From an uncultured Candidatus Rokubacteria bacterium (GTDB lineage Bacteria > Methylomirabilota > Methylomirabilia > Rokubacteriales > DASRDR01), in the NCBI GenBank assembly GCA_963826115.1, contig CAWGVS010000005.1, positions 1,664,001 through 1,728,000 of the forward strand: 64,000 nt of DNA, read 5' to 3'. Positions 55,473 to 64,000 of this stretch are shown here, piece after piece. The number at the start of each line of letters is the position of its first letter. The first letter of the stretch is position 1. The notes beneath the pieces are model-generated. The model ran no database searches. It was not told the origin of the DNA and was given only the letters and a program-made list of their open reading frames with translations. Both the position numbers and the translations under genes were made by a program.

Positions 55473-56648
55473 GTGAGGACGCTCGCCGAGTCGAACGCGC
55501 CCCCGGACGTGCCGCGAGGCTGGCTCCGCCGCGCCCGCCGGCTGTGCTTCTCGGCGCTCGGCCTCGCCGGATGCGTCGGGCTCTGGGCCCAGCCGGCGCC
55601 CTCTGCCGACCTCTCGACGATCAAGCTTCCGCCCGGCTTCGCGATCGACTTCTTCGCGCGCGACCTGGGGTTCGCGCGATTCCTCACGCTCGACCCACGC
55701 GGCACCCTCCTCGTCTCCGTGCCCCGCGCGGGCCGCGTGATCGCCCTCCCCGACGACAACCGGGACGGCAAGGCGGACGGCGTCGTCAACGTCGTGGAGG
55801 GCCTGGAGCTCCCGCACGGGCTCGCGTTCCTGAACGGCCAGCTCTACGTGGCCGAGACCGGGCGGGTCGTCCGGTTCGACTACGACCCGGCCACGCGACG
55901 CGTCAGCGGACCGCCCACAGTGGTCGTGCCGGACCTTCCGGCCCGGGGCACCCACTGGACGCGAACCATCACCGTGGGCCCCGACCGCCGCCTCTACGTC
56001 TCGGTGGGGTCCACCTGCAACAGCTGCGAGGAGAAGGATCCCCGCCGCGCCGCCATCTACGGCTACGAAATCGACGGCCGCGGCGGCGCGCCGTTCGGCA
56101 CCGGGCTCCGGAACGCGGTCGGGATCGCCTTCCGCCCCGGCACGTCCGAGCTCTGGGCGACCGTCAACGGCCGCGACTGGCTCGGCGACGACCAGCCGGG
56201 CGAGTACGTCACGCGGGTGGAGGAGGGCGGCTTCTACGGCTGGCCGTACTGCCACTGGGCGCCTTCCGGTCTCGTGCCAGACCCCGAGCTAGGGCGAGGC
56301 GACCGGTGCAAGAATGCGCGCCGGCCGAGCCTCCTCTACCAGGCGCACACGGCGCCCCTCGGCCTCGCGTTCTACACCGGAGCCCAGTTCCCCGCCGAGT
56401 ACCGCGGCGATCTCCTCGTGGCGCTCCACGGCTCCTGGAACCGCTCGGTGCCCGTGGGCTACAAGGTCATCCGGGTGCGGCTGGGCGGTGGCGCCGCGCC
56501 GGTCGCGGAGGACTTTGCGGCCGGCTGGCTCGTGGGCGGGCGAGCCTGGGGTCGGCCCGTGGACCTCGCCGTGGCGCCCGATGGGGCGCTGTTCCTGTCG
56601 GACGACTACCTGGGCGCGGTGTACCGGATCACCTACCGGAGCCGCTGA
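55473..56648 (+). CDS. PQQ-dependent glucose/sorbosone dehydrogenase family protein
   Basis: PHGLAF, GSTCNSC, GLRNAVG, YGWPYC, HTAPLG, HGSWNR, GRPVD. Confidence 0.9.
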   Translation: MRTLAESNAPPDVPRGWLRRARRLCFSALGLAGCVGLWAQPAPSADLSTIKLPPGFAIDFFARDLGFARFLTLDPRGTLLVSVPRAGRVIALPDDNRDGKADGVVNVVEGLELPHGLAFLNGQLYVAETGRVVRFDYDPATRRVSGPPTVVVPDLPARGTHWTRTITVGPDRRLYVSVGSTCNSCEEKDPRRAAIYGYEIDGRGGAPFGTGLRNAVGIAFRPGTSELWATVNGRDWLGDDQPGEYVTRVEEGGFYGWPYCHWAPSGLVPDPELGRGDRCKNARRPSLLYQAHTAPLGLAFYTGAQFPAEYRGDLLVALHGSWNRSVPVGYKVIRVRLGGGAAPVAEDFAAGWLVGGRAWGRPVDLAVAPDGALFLSDDYLGAVYRITYRSR

Positions 56649-56776
56649 TCACGCGTAAGCTCGACACGGTAAGGGCTACACGCCGGCCGCCGCGGACGCT
56701 TGCCGGCATGGCCTTCGCCGTCGGAAGAGACGCCAGCCCCGCGCGGCTCGCGCGAACGGCCCCAGACCCGGGAGCG

Positions 56777-56792
56777 CGGCACGCCGGTTGCT
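56777..56792 (+). promoter_or_regulatory. Sigma54 (-24/-12) promoter
   Basis: CGGCAC-GCCGG-TTGCT with GG-N10-GC spacing. Confidence 0.65.
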
Positions 56793-56808
56793 CCCAGACG
56801 TCACCATC

Positions 56809-59172
56809 GTGTTCCGGAATCGGCTCTCGGTGCGCCTCCCCGCTCGCCTGACCGCGCTCTGGGCCGCCGCTCGGCGGCGGCGAGGGCTGCTGGTGGCCGG
56901 CGCGATCCTGGTCCTCCTGGGCCCGCCGGTCGCCTTCGGCATCTGGACCTGGCGGACCGCGGCGGCCGTCGACCTCTCCCGCCTGGAGGACGCCGCTCTC
57001 ATCTACGCGGCCGGCCAGGTCCTCGTGCCAGGCGTCTCGATCGAGGCCGCGGATCTGCCGGGCGCCCTCCGGCGTCTCGGCTATCGCGAGACCTCGGCGA
57101 CGCCCTCGGCGCCCGGACAGTTCCACCGCGAGAGCGCCCTCTGGGAGGTCTACCTCCGGCCTCGGGACGATCCTGCGGCCACGCGGCCCGCCCTGCCCGT
57201 CCGTCTCCTCGTCGACGGGGGACGGATCCGCCAGCTCATCACGGTCGGTGGCGAGCCGCTCGACGAGGTCGAGCTCGAGCCCGAGACCCTCACCGGCCTC
57301 GGCGGGGCGGCGAACCAGCTCCGCCATCCCATCACGCTCTCGGCGGCGCCGAAGCATCTCGTCCAGGCCGTGCTGGCCGCCGAGGACCACCGCTTCTTCG
57401 AGCACCGCGGGGTGGACGCGCGGGCCGTGGCCCGCGCGGTCTGGGTGAACCTGCGCCGCGGCGGGCTGGCGCAGGGCGGCAGCACGCTGACCCAGCAGCT
57501 GATCAAGAACCTCGTCCTGACGCCGAAGCGCACGTGGGGGCGGAAGGTGCAGGAGGCGGCGCTCGCCCTCGCGATCGAGCGTCGCTACTCCAAGGACGAG
57601 ATCCTCGCCGCGTACCTGAACGGCATCTACCTCGGCCAGCACGGCGGCTATGCCGTGTACGGCATCGGCGCGGCGTCGCGGAGCTTCTTCGGCAAGGACG
57701 TCGAGCGGCTCACGCTCGGCGAGGCCGCGACCCTGGCGGGGATCATCCGCGCGCCGAACACCTACTCCCCCGTCCAGCATGCCGATCGCGCCCGGGAGCG
57801 ACGGAACACGGTCCTGCGCCGGATGCGCGAGCTCGAGATGATCGACGACAAGAAACTCGCCCAGACCGCCCAGGAGCGCCTGGTCGTCCAGCGCGGGACG
57901 GCCATCAGCGCGCTGGGCCCGTACTTCGCGGACTGGGTGCGAGGACAGGTCGAGCAGACCCAGCCGGCCGACGAGTCGTCGACGGCGGGTCTCCGGATCT
58001 ACACGACGCTGAGCCCCGTCCTCCAGCGCGCCGCGGAGGCCGCGCTCGCGCGCGGGCTCGATCGCCTGGAGGGCCAGTACAAGGCGCTCCGCCGCACGGA
58101 CCCGACGGGGCGGCTCCAGGGCGCGATCGTGGCGCTCGACGCCCGCACGGGCGAGATCCGCGCCATGGTCGGCGGGCGCGACTACGGCCAGAGCCAGTTC
58201 AACCGCGTCGTCCAGGCGCGCCGGCAGCCCGGCTCGGCCTTCAAGCCGTTCGTCTACCTGGCAGCCCTCGGCCTGGGGCCGCGCGGCGAGCCCCCGAACT
58301 TCACGCCGGCGTCGCTGCTCGAGGACCGGCCGCTCACGATCGGCACCGGCAAGAACGCGTGGACGCCGCGCAACTACGACAACCGGTACGAGGGCACGGT
58401 CACGGTGCGGCGGGCCCTCGAGCAGTCGCTCAACGCCGCCACGGTGTGGATGGCCGACACCGTGGGCTACGACGCCGTGGTCCGCACCGCGCGGGAGGCC
58501 GGGTTCACGAGCCCGATGGACCCGGTGCCGGCGCTCGTCCTCGGCAGCTTCGAGGTCACCCCGATCGAGCTGGCCTCGGCCTTCGCGGCGCTCGCGAGCC
58601 CCGGCGACCGCGTCCAGCCGACGGGCCTCCGCGCCGTGGTGGACCGCGAGGGTGGCGTCAGCGAGCCGCGGCTCGAGCGGAAGTCCGGTCTCCGGGCGGA
58701 CGAGGCGTTCCTGATCACGCACCTGCTCGAGGGCGTGATCGACCGTGGCACCGGCGCCTCGGCACGCGCCCTCGGCATCGAGGGCCCCGTCGCCGGGAAG
58801 ACCGGGACCACCAACGAGGGACGCGACACGTGGTTCGTCGGCTACACGCCGCGCCTGGTCGCGCTGGTGTGGGTCGGGTTCGACCAGCGGGACGTCCTCC
58901 GGCTGTCGGGCGCGCAGGCGGCCCTGCCGATCTGGGCCGACTTCATGCGCACCGCGCTCGGCGTCGTGCCGGCGCCCGCGCCGTCGCCGCCGCCCTCCAT
59001 CACCTTCCGTGACGTCGACGCCACCAACGGCAAGCTCGCCACCTCCTGGTGCCCGCTGGTGATCCACGAGGCGTTCCTCGCCTCCACCGAGCCCCGCGAG
59101 TCCTGCCCGGACCACGGGCCGGCTGCCGCGGTTCGCTCCTTCTTCCGGCGCCTCTTCGAGTCCGGCCGCTAG
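56809..59172 (+). CDS. mrcB: Class A penicillin-binding protein (PBP1B-like)
   Basis: EDHRFFEHRG, GSTLTQQLIKN, SAFK, SLN, KTGT; UB2H-like region; start moved downstream of the sigma54 box (GTG 56809 or 56830). Confidence 0.88.
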   Translation: MFRNRLSVRLPARLTALWAAARRRRGLLVAGAILVLLGPPVAFGIWTWRTAAAVDLSRLEDAALIYAAGQVLVPGVSIEAADLPGALRRLGYRETSATPSAPGQFHRESALWEVYLRPRDDPAATRPALPVRLLVDGGRIRQLITVGGEPLDEVELEPETLTGLGGAANQLRHPITLSAAPKHLVQAVLAAEDHRFFEHRGVDARAVARAVWVNLRRGGLAQGGSTLTQQLIKNLVLTPKRTWGRKVQEAALALAIERRYSKDEILAAYLNGIYLGQHGGYAVYGIGAASRSFFGKDVERLTLGEAATLAGIIRAPNTYSPVQHADRARERRNTVLRRMRELEMIDDKKLAQTAQERLVVQRGTAISALGPYFADWVRGQVEQTQPADESSTAGLRIYTTLSPVLQRAAEAALARGLDRLEGQYKALRRTDPTGRLQGAIVALDARTGEIRAMVGGRDYGQSQFNRVVQARRQPGSAFKPFVYLAALGLGPRGEPPNFTPASLLEDRPLTIGTGKNAWTPRNYDNRYEGTVTVRRALEQSLNAATVWMADTVGYDAVVRTAREAGFTSPMDPVPALVLGSFEVTPIELASAFAALASPGDRVQPTGLRAVVDREGGVSEPRLERKSGLRADEAFLITHLLEGVIDRGTGASARALGIEGPVAGKTGTTNEGRDTWFVGYTPRLVALVWVGFDQRDVLRLSGAQAALPIWADFMRTALGVVPAPAPSPPPSITFRDVDATNGKLATSWCPLVIHEAFLASTEPRESCPDHGPAAAVRSFFRRLFESGR

Positions 59173-59247
59173 CGTCGCGCCGCCGGAGCGGACGGGGCGG
59201 CCCGGATTGCCACCGCCGCGCCATCCCCGGTACGATACCGGTGCGGC

Positions 59248-60000
59248 ATGCGGCTCACCGGGAAGGTCGTACTGATCACCAACGTCGGCCAGTACATGGG
59301 TCCGGCGTGCGCCGAGGAGTTCGCCAAGGAGGGCGCGACCCTCGCGCTCCACGAGCGGACCGAGGCTCGCGCACAGGCCGCCCTCGACCTCGCCCGCGCC
59401 TACGGCCGCGAGGCGACCGTGGTGACCGGCGACCTCACGGTGTCCGGGGAGGCCAACCGCGTCGTGCGCGCGGTGGCCGAGCGCCACGGGCGGCTCGACG
59501 TCCTCGTCAACAACTCGAGTCACCTGCCGGTCGGCGGCCCGGTCGACGAGGTCTCCGACGAGACCTGGCGATCAATGGCCGCCCACCTGTACGACGAGCC
59601 CTTCTTCTGCCTGCGCGCCGCGATCCGCGTCATGAAGCGCCAGGGTCACGGGAAGGTCGTGAACATCACCTCGGCCGTCGCCATCCCGGGGCTGCCGAAC
59701 TACGCGGCCTATTCGGCGGCCCGGGCGGGCGCGAACGGGCTCACGCGCGCGGTGGGGCGCGAGGTCGCGCGCCACAACATCCAGGTCAACGCGGTGGCCC
59801 AGAACTTCGTCGAGAACCCCACCTATTTCGGCCCGGAGGTGACGGACCACCCGGAGAAGCTCGCGCGCGTCGTCCGGAACGTTCCCGCGGGACGTCTCGC
59901 GCGCTCCGAGGAGTCGGCGAAGCTGTGCGTGTTCCTCGCGTCCGACGAGGCGGACTTCTTCTGCGGCCAGGTGATCCCGTTCGCCGGCGGCTGGATCTGA
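59248..60000 (+). CDS. Halohydrin dehalogenase (SDR fold, HheD/B-like)
   Basis: T-x4-Y-x-G (TNVGQYMG), S-x12-Y-x3-R (S..YSAAR), NAVAQNFVENPTYF. Confidence 0.82.
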   Translation: MRLTGKVVLITNVGQYMGPACAEEFAKEGATLALHERTEARAQAALDLARAYGREATVVTGDLTVSGEANRVVRAVAERHGRLDVLVNNSSHLPVGGPVDEVSDETWRSMAAHLYDEPFFCLRAAIRVMKRQGHGKVVNITSAVAIPGLPNYAAYSAARAGANGLTRAVGREVARHNIQVNAVAQNFVENPTYFGPEVTDHPEKLARVVRNVPAGRLARSEESAKLCVFLASDEADFFCGQVIPFAGGWI

Positions 60001-60157
60001 CCGGCCCGCCGCGAATAAGGACGAGGCGATGAGCGACGTCAGCGCCGCGGACCTCTACCGGCACCTCGGCGAAGCGGCGCCGCCGCGCGGTCGCGAGCGG
60101 CGCTCTTTGTCTGAGCGGCGCGCCTGGCGCCCCGCCCCCCCCGGCCGGGCCTGAGAC

Positions 60158-60862
60158 GTGGGCTTCCAGCCCGAGCTCGCCCTGGTCGTCGAGGGGCGTG
60201 AGGGCCGCACGCCGCTGCCCTTCACGGTGCGCCACATCGTCTGCGCCGGATACACGAGCCGGGACCAGGGGGAGGCCGAGCGCCACATCCGGGAGCTCGA
60301 GGACCTCGGCATCGCCCGGCCGAAGGAGGTGCCGATCTTCTTCGCGGTGGCCTCCTACCTCGCGACGACCGAGCAGGTCGTCGAGGTGCAGGGTCCGTTC
60401 ACGTCCGGCGAGGCGGAGCTCGCGCTGGTCCTCGGGCCGGGCGGCCCCTGGGTGACGGTCGCCAGCGACCAGACCGACCGCTTCGTCGAGCGGCACTCGG
60501 TCCCCGCCGCGAAGCAGCTCTGCCCCAAGGTGCTGGCGCCGACGGTCTGGCCCCTCGCCGACGTCGAGGCCCACTGGGACGAGCTCGAGCTCCGGGCGTG
60601 GGTCCGGAGCGGCCGCAAGCGCCGCCTCTACCAGGAGGCGAAGCTCGGAAGCCTCCTCCCGGTGCCGACGTTGCTCGAGGGCCTCCGCCGGCGCGTCGGC
60701 CGCGCGCTCGACGGCGTGGTCCTCCTCTCGGGAACGGTGCCGACCGTGGACGGCCAGGTGGTCTACGGCGACGGGTACGAGCTGGAGCTCGCCGACCCCC
60801 ACCTCGGCCGGGCCATCCGGACCCAGTACGCGGTCCGCGTCCTGGAGCGCGACCCCCGCTGA
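60158..60862 (+). CDS. DUF2848 family protein
   Basis: AGYTSRD..HIREL..LGI..P, TSGEAE, SDQTDR, KQLCPK. Confidence 0.85.
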   Translation: MGFQPELALVVEGREGRTPLPFTVRHIVCAGYTSRDQGEAERHIRELEDLGIARPKEVPIFFAVASYLATTEQVVEVQGPFTSGEAELALVLGPGGPWVTVASDQTDRFVERHSVPAAKQLCPKVLAPTVWPLADVEAHWDELELRAWVRSGRKRRLYQEAKLGSLLPVPTLLEGLRRRVGRALDGVVLLSGTVPTVDGQVVYGDGYELELADPHLGRAIRTQYAVRVLERDPR

Positions 60863-60909
60863 CCAACGCTCAGACCGACCGGCGCGGCCTTCAGCGCGAC
60901 GGAGAACCC

Positions 60910-61800
60910 ATGGCGACGAGCATCGAGCACCGGCAGGTTCAGGCGAACGGTATCACCTTCCACGTGGCGGTCTCGGGGCCGCCCGACGGCCCGGCGGTCC
61001 TGTGCCTTCACGGGTTCCCCGAGGGGTGGATGAGTTGGCGCCCCGTCATGCACGCGCTCGGCGAGGCCCGGATGTACGCGCCGGACATGCGCGGCTACGG
61101 CGAGACCGAGCGGCCCCGGAACGGCTACGACGTGTTCACCCTCACCGACGACATCGCCGCGCTCATCCGCGCGCTCGGGCTCGAGCGGCCCGTCCTCGTG
61201 TCCCACGACTGGGGCGCGGCCCTCGGGTGGATCTTCGGGCACCGATACTCGCCTCTCGTCCGTCGGCTCGCGATGGTGAACTGCCCGCACCCGAAGACCC
61301 TGGTGCGCGCCGTGCTCCACTTCGAGGACTTCCAGACGATCCGCATCCCCTGGGTGCCCTTCTTCGAGATCCCGCGGCTCCCCGAGATCCTCCTGACGAG
61401 CGCGCTCGGTCGATGGCTCCTCAAGCTCTCGTTCACCCTGCGGGAGGGCCAGAAGGGCACGATGGACGTGGGGCTGGTGGACGAGCTGGTCGCCCGGTTC
61501 CAGCGGCCCGACGACGCGCACGGGCCGATCCAGTACTACCGCGAGATGGTGTCCACCCAGATCTGGGCGGCGAAGCGCGAGCGACTCGAAGCAGTCTACC
61601 GGAACCCTATCTCGGCGCCGACCACGCTCGTGTGGGCGGCGCGGGACGGCGCGCTCTCCGCGCGCGTGGCCATGAACAGCGAGCTCGACGCCGGCTGCCC
61701 GGTGGATCTCCGTCCGCTCCCGGGCGTCGGCCACTTCGTCAGCCTGGAAGCCCCCGACAAGCTCGCGCGCGAGATCCGGCGACTCCTGGAGGCGCCCTAG
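60910..61800 (+). CDS. Alpha/beta hydrolase, epoxide hydrolase-like
   Basis: HGFPE, DMRGYG, HDWG (Asp nucleophile), YYR lid, D, GHF. Confidence 0.85.
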   Translation: MATSIEHRQVQANGITFHVAVSGPPDGPAVLCLHGFPEGWMSWRPVMHALGEARMYAPDMRGYGETERPRNGYDVFTLTDDIAALIRALGLERPVLVSHDWGAALGWIFGHRYSPLVRRLAMVNCPHPKTLVRAVLHFEDFQTIRIPWVPFFEIPRLPEILLTSALGRWLLKLSFTLREGQKGTMDVGLVDELVARFQRPDDAHGPIQYYREMVSTQIWAAKRERLEAVYRNPISAPTTLVWAARDGALSARVAMNSELDAGCPVDLRPLPGVGHFVSLEAPDKLAREIRRLLEAP

Positions 61801-61831
61801 CGCGCCGGCCCGCCGCGCGGCGGGCCTGGCG

Positions 61832-62095
61832 TCACGCCTCCCGGCGCGAGGCGCCGACCAGGCGTCGCCAGCGCAGCGCGAGGATCCACGTGAGGCCCCC
61901 GGCGACCAGCACCTGGCCGACGTCGACCAGGAGGTAGAGCCAGCTCACCGCCAGCTCGCCTGTGATCCAGCTCGCCGTCGTCCCGATCAGGACGCTCCCG
62001 ATCGCGAGGACCCAGCCTCGGAGCCAGCTCGGGACGAGGTAGGCCACGACGAGGCCCAGGACGACCCCGCAGCCGACGGGGAACACTTCTTCCAT
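61832..62095 (-). CDS. Small membrane protein (about 3 TM)
   Basis: GAGGAGG RBS, hydrophobic helices. Confidence 0.72.
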   Translation of the reverse strand: MEEVFPVGCGVVLGLVVAYLVPSWLRGWVLAIGSVLIGTTASWITGELAVSWLYLLVDVGQVLVAGGLTWILALRWRRLVGASRREA

Positions 62096-62143
62096 GACGC
62101 CCTCCTCGCGACGTGGGCTCGAGTGACCCGAGCCATGTGCGGG

Positions 62144-62173
62144 ACTCTAGACGGCCCGGCACGGAGCTGTCAA
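62144..62173 (-). promoter_or_regulatory. Sigma70-type promoter
   Basis: TTGACA-N18-TAGAGT upstream of the small membrane gene. Confidence 0.55.
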
Positions 62174-62422
62174 TCGTCCCCGCCCGCGCTGCGGTCGCGG
62201 GTGGCGTGCGCTGGCGATGGCGCAGTCGCCCCCGCTGCCGGCGTCAGCGTCGTAGCCGGCGTCGCGAGCGGCAGCAACTGCGAGCGCCCGCCAGTTCCGA
62301 GGGGCCATGCGGGACGACCCGATTGCGACTCCCGCGCCGTCGACCTATGATCGGCGGCGGTGCGCCGTCTCGAGGCTCGATCGAGAACGGCCGCGCGATC
62401 CCCTCGACGAGAGGTCAGTCCG

Positions 62423-64000
62423 ATGGACGCAGCCTGGTTCCAGGGTCTCCGCTGGCGCTGTATCGGTCCGCCCCGCGGCGGGCGCGTGGTCGCCGTCGCC
62501 GGTCATCCCACCGAGCCCATGGTGTTCTACTTCGGCGCCGTGGCCGGCGGCCTGTGGAAGACGACGGACGGCGGCACCTACTGGGAGAACGTCTCGGACG
62601 GCTACTTCCGGACGTCCGCCGTCGGCGCGCTCGCCGTGGCCGAGTCGGATCCGAACGTCGTCTACGCGGGGATGGGCGAGGCGACCATCCGCATCGACGT
62701 CGTCTACGGGGACGGCGTCTACAAGACGACCGACGGCGGGAAGACGTGGGCCCACATGGGGCTCGCCGACACCCGCCACATCGGGAAGATCCAGGTCCAT
62801 CCGAAGGATCCCGACCTCGTGTACGTCGCGGCGCTGGGCCACGCCTTCGGGCCGAACGCCGAGCGGGGCGTCTTCCGATCGAAGGACGGCGGACACAGCT
62901 GGCAGCGCGTGCTCTTCCGGAGCGATCGCGCCGGGGCGATCGACCTCGCGCTCGACCGGACGAACCCGCGCGTCCTCTACGCCTCCACGTGGGAGGTGTA
63001 CCGGCACTTCTGGACGCTGTCGAGCGGCGGCCCCGACAGCCGGCTCTACAAGTCCGTCGACGGCGGCGACACCTGGACCGACCTGACGGACAATCCGGGA
63101 CTGCCGACCGGCATGAAGGGGAAGATCGGCGTCACGGTGTCGTCCGCGCGTCCCGACCGCGTGTGGGCCATCATCGAGGCCGACAAGGCCGGGCTCTACC
63201 GCTCCGACGACGGCGGCCGCACATGGGAGCTCGTGTCCGACAACCGGGACCTGATCCACCGCCCGTGGTACTACTGCCACGTCTTCGCCGATCCCGTGGA
63301 CCCCGACACCGTCTACGTCACCAACCTCCGGATGTGGAAGTCGACCGACGGCGGCCGGACGTTCACGGAGATCACGACGCCCCACGGAGACAACCACGAC
63401 CTGTGGATCGACCCGCGCGATCCCCGCCGCATGATCGAGGGCAACGACGGGGGCGCCTGCGTCTCGTTCAACGGCGGGCAGAGCTGGTCGACGATCTACA
63501 ACCAGCTGACCGCGCAGTTCTATCACGTGGCGGTCGACGACCAGTACCCGTACCGCGTCTACGGCACCCAGCAGGACAACTCGAGCGTGAGCGTGCCCAG
63601 CGCCTCGGAGAACGGCGGCATCACGTGGGGCGACTGCTACCCCGCGGGGACCGGGGAGAGCGGCTACATCGCGGTCCACCCGCGCGACCCGAATGTCGTC
63701 TACGTGGGCGCGGTGGGGAGCTCGCCCGGCGGCGGGGGCGCTCTCCAGCGGTACGACCACCGGACGCGCCAGATCCGCCTGGTGACCGTCTGGCCCGAGG
63801 TCTACTACGGCTGGGGCGCGAAGGACCTCCGATACCGGTTCGCGTGGACCTTCCCCATCGTGTTCTCGCCGCACGACCCCGGGACGCTCTACGCCACGGG
63901 GAACCTCGTCTTCCGGACCCGCGACGAGGGATCGAGCTGGGAGGCGATCAGCCCCGACCTCACCCGGCAGGACGTGACCAAGCTCGAGGCGTCGGGGGGC
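62423..64000 (+). CDS. BNR/Asp-box (VPS10/sortilin-like) beta-propeller glycosyl hydrolase-like protein, 3' partial
   Basis: MDAAWFQGLRWRCIGPPRGGRVVAVAG; repeated (S/T)xDGGxTW Asp-boxes; open to the window end. Confidence 0.88.
   Translation, partial: MDAAWFQGLRWRCIGPPRGGRVVAVAGHPTEPMVFYFGAVAGGLWKTTDGGTYWENVSDGYFRTSAVGALAVAESDPNVVYAGMGEATIRIDVVYGDGVYKTTDGGKTWAHMGLADTRHIGKIQVHPKDPDLVYVAALGHAFGPNAERGVFRSKDGGHSWQRVLFRSDRAGAIDLALDRTNPRVLYASTWEVYRHFWTLSSGGPDSRLYKSVDGGDTWTDLTDNPGLPTGMKGKIGVTVSSARPDRVWAIIEADKAGLYRSDDGGRTWELVSDNRDLIHRPWYYCHVFADPVDPDTVYVTNLRMWKSTDGGRTFTEITTPHGDNHDLWIDPRDPRRMIEGNDGGACVSFNGGQSWSTIYNQLTAQFYHVAVDDQYPYRVYGTQQDNSSVSVPSASENGGITWGDCYPAGTGESGYIAVHPRDPNVVYVGAVGSSPGGGGALQRYDHRTRQIRLVTVWPEVYYGWGAKDLRYRFAWTFPIVFSPHDPGTLYATGNLVFRTRDEGSSWEAISPDLTRQDVTKLEASGG

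Noticed and set aside
60029-60157. 41-codon ORF ending in TGA in frame with DUF2848 (possible second Sec read-through)
   Set aside because: The UGA is not at a redox motif, no SECIS-like stem is evident, and DUF2848 looks complete from 60158.
1-64000. Many long overlapping or antisense ORFs in the track (e.g. 20176..22647 +, 32801..35095 -, 56629..59523 -)
   Set aside because: Arg/Pro/Gly-rich shadow frames caused by high GC and few stop codons; each overlaps a gene with clear family motifs.

Overview
Very GC-rich bacterial DNA, densely coding, with about 60 CDS. Codon style and gene families (PF04392-type binding protein, small 'DRR..ERR' protein, UGA-split redoxin) suggest Ca. Rokubacteria/Methylomirabilota; this is inference only. 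I found no rRNA, tRNA, CRISPR array or transposase. Most genes are metabolic or accessory: PhoD, MgsA, ComDE-like decarboxylase, several ring-cleavage dioxygenases, CYTH-CHAD, a DgcAB/ETF-like cluster with a benzoate-CoA ligase, UxaA, TrkA and PBP1B. The main signals are: (1) an operon of a CHASE2 membrane cyclase with a guanylate-cyclase-like specificity residue, an exported FecR/DUF928-like TPR protein and an exported TPR-CHAT caspase-like protease, a candidate extracytoplasmic proteolysis-to-cyclic-nucleotide signalling system; (2) an exported, Cys-free peroxiredoxin-like protein with an in-frame UGA at the catalytic site and a SECIS-like hairpin (probable selenoprotein); (3) a sigma54 promoter, ANTAR-type hairpin and overlapping terminator ahead of a porin and a pseudo-receiver ANTAR regulator; (4) an SDR-fold gene with full halohydrin dehalogenase motifs near an epoxide-hydrolase-like gene. 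All calls come from motif recognition by eye; no database search was run.
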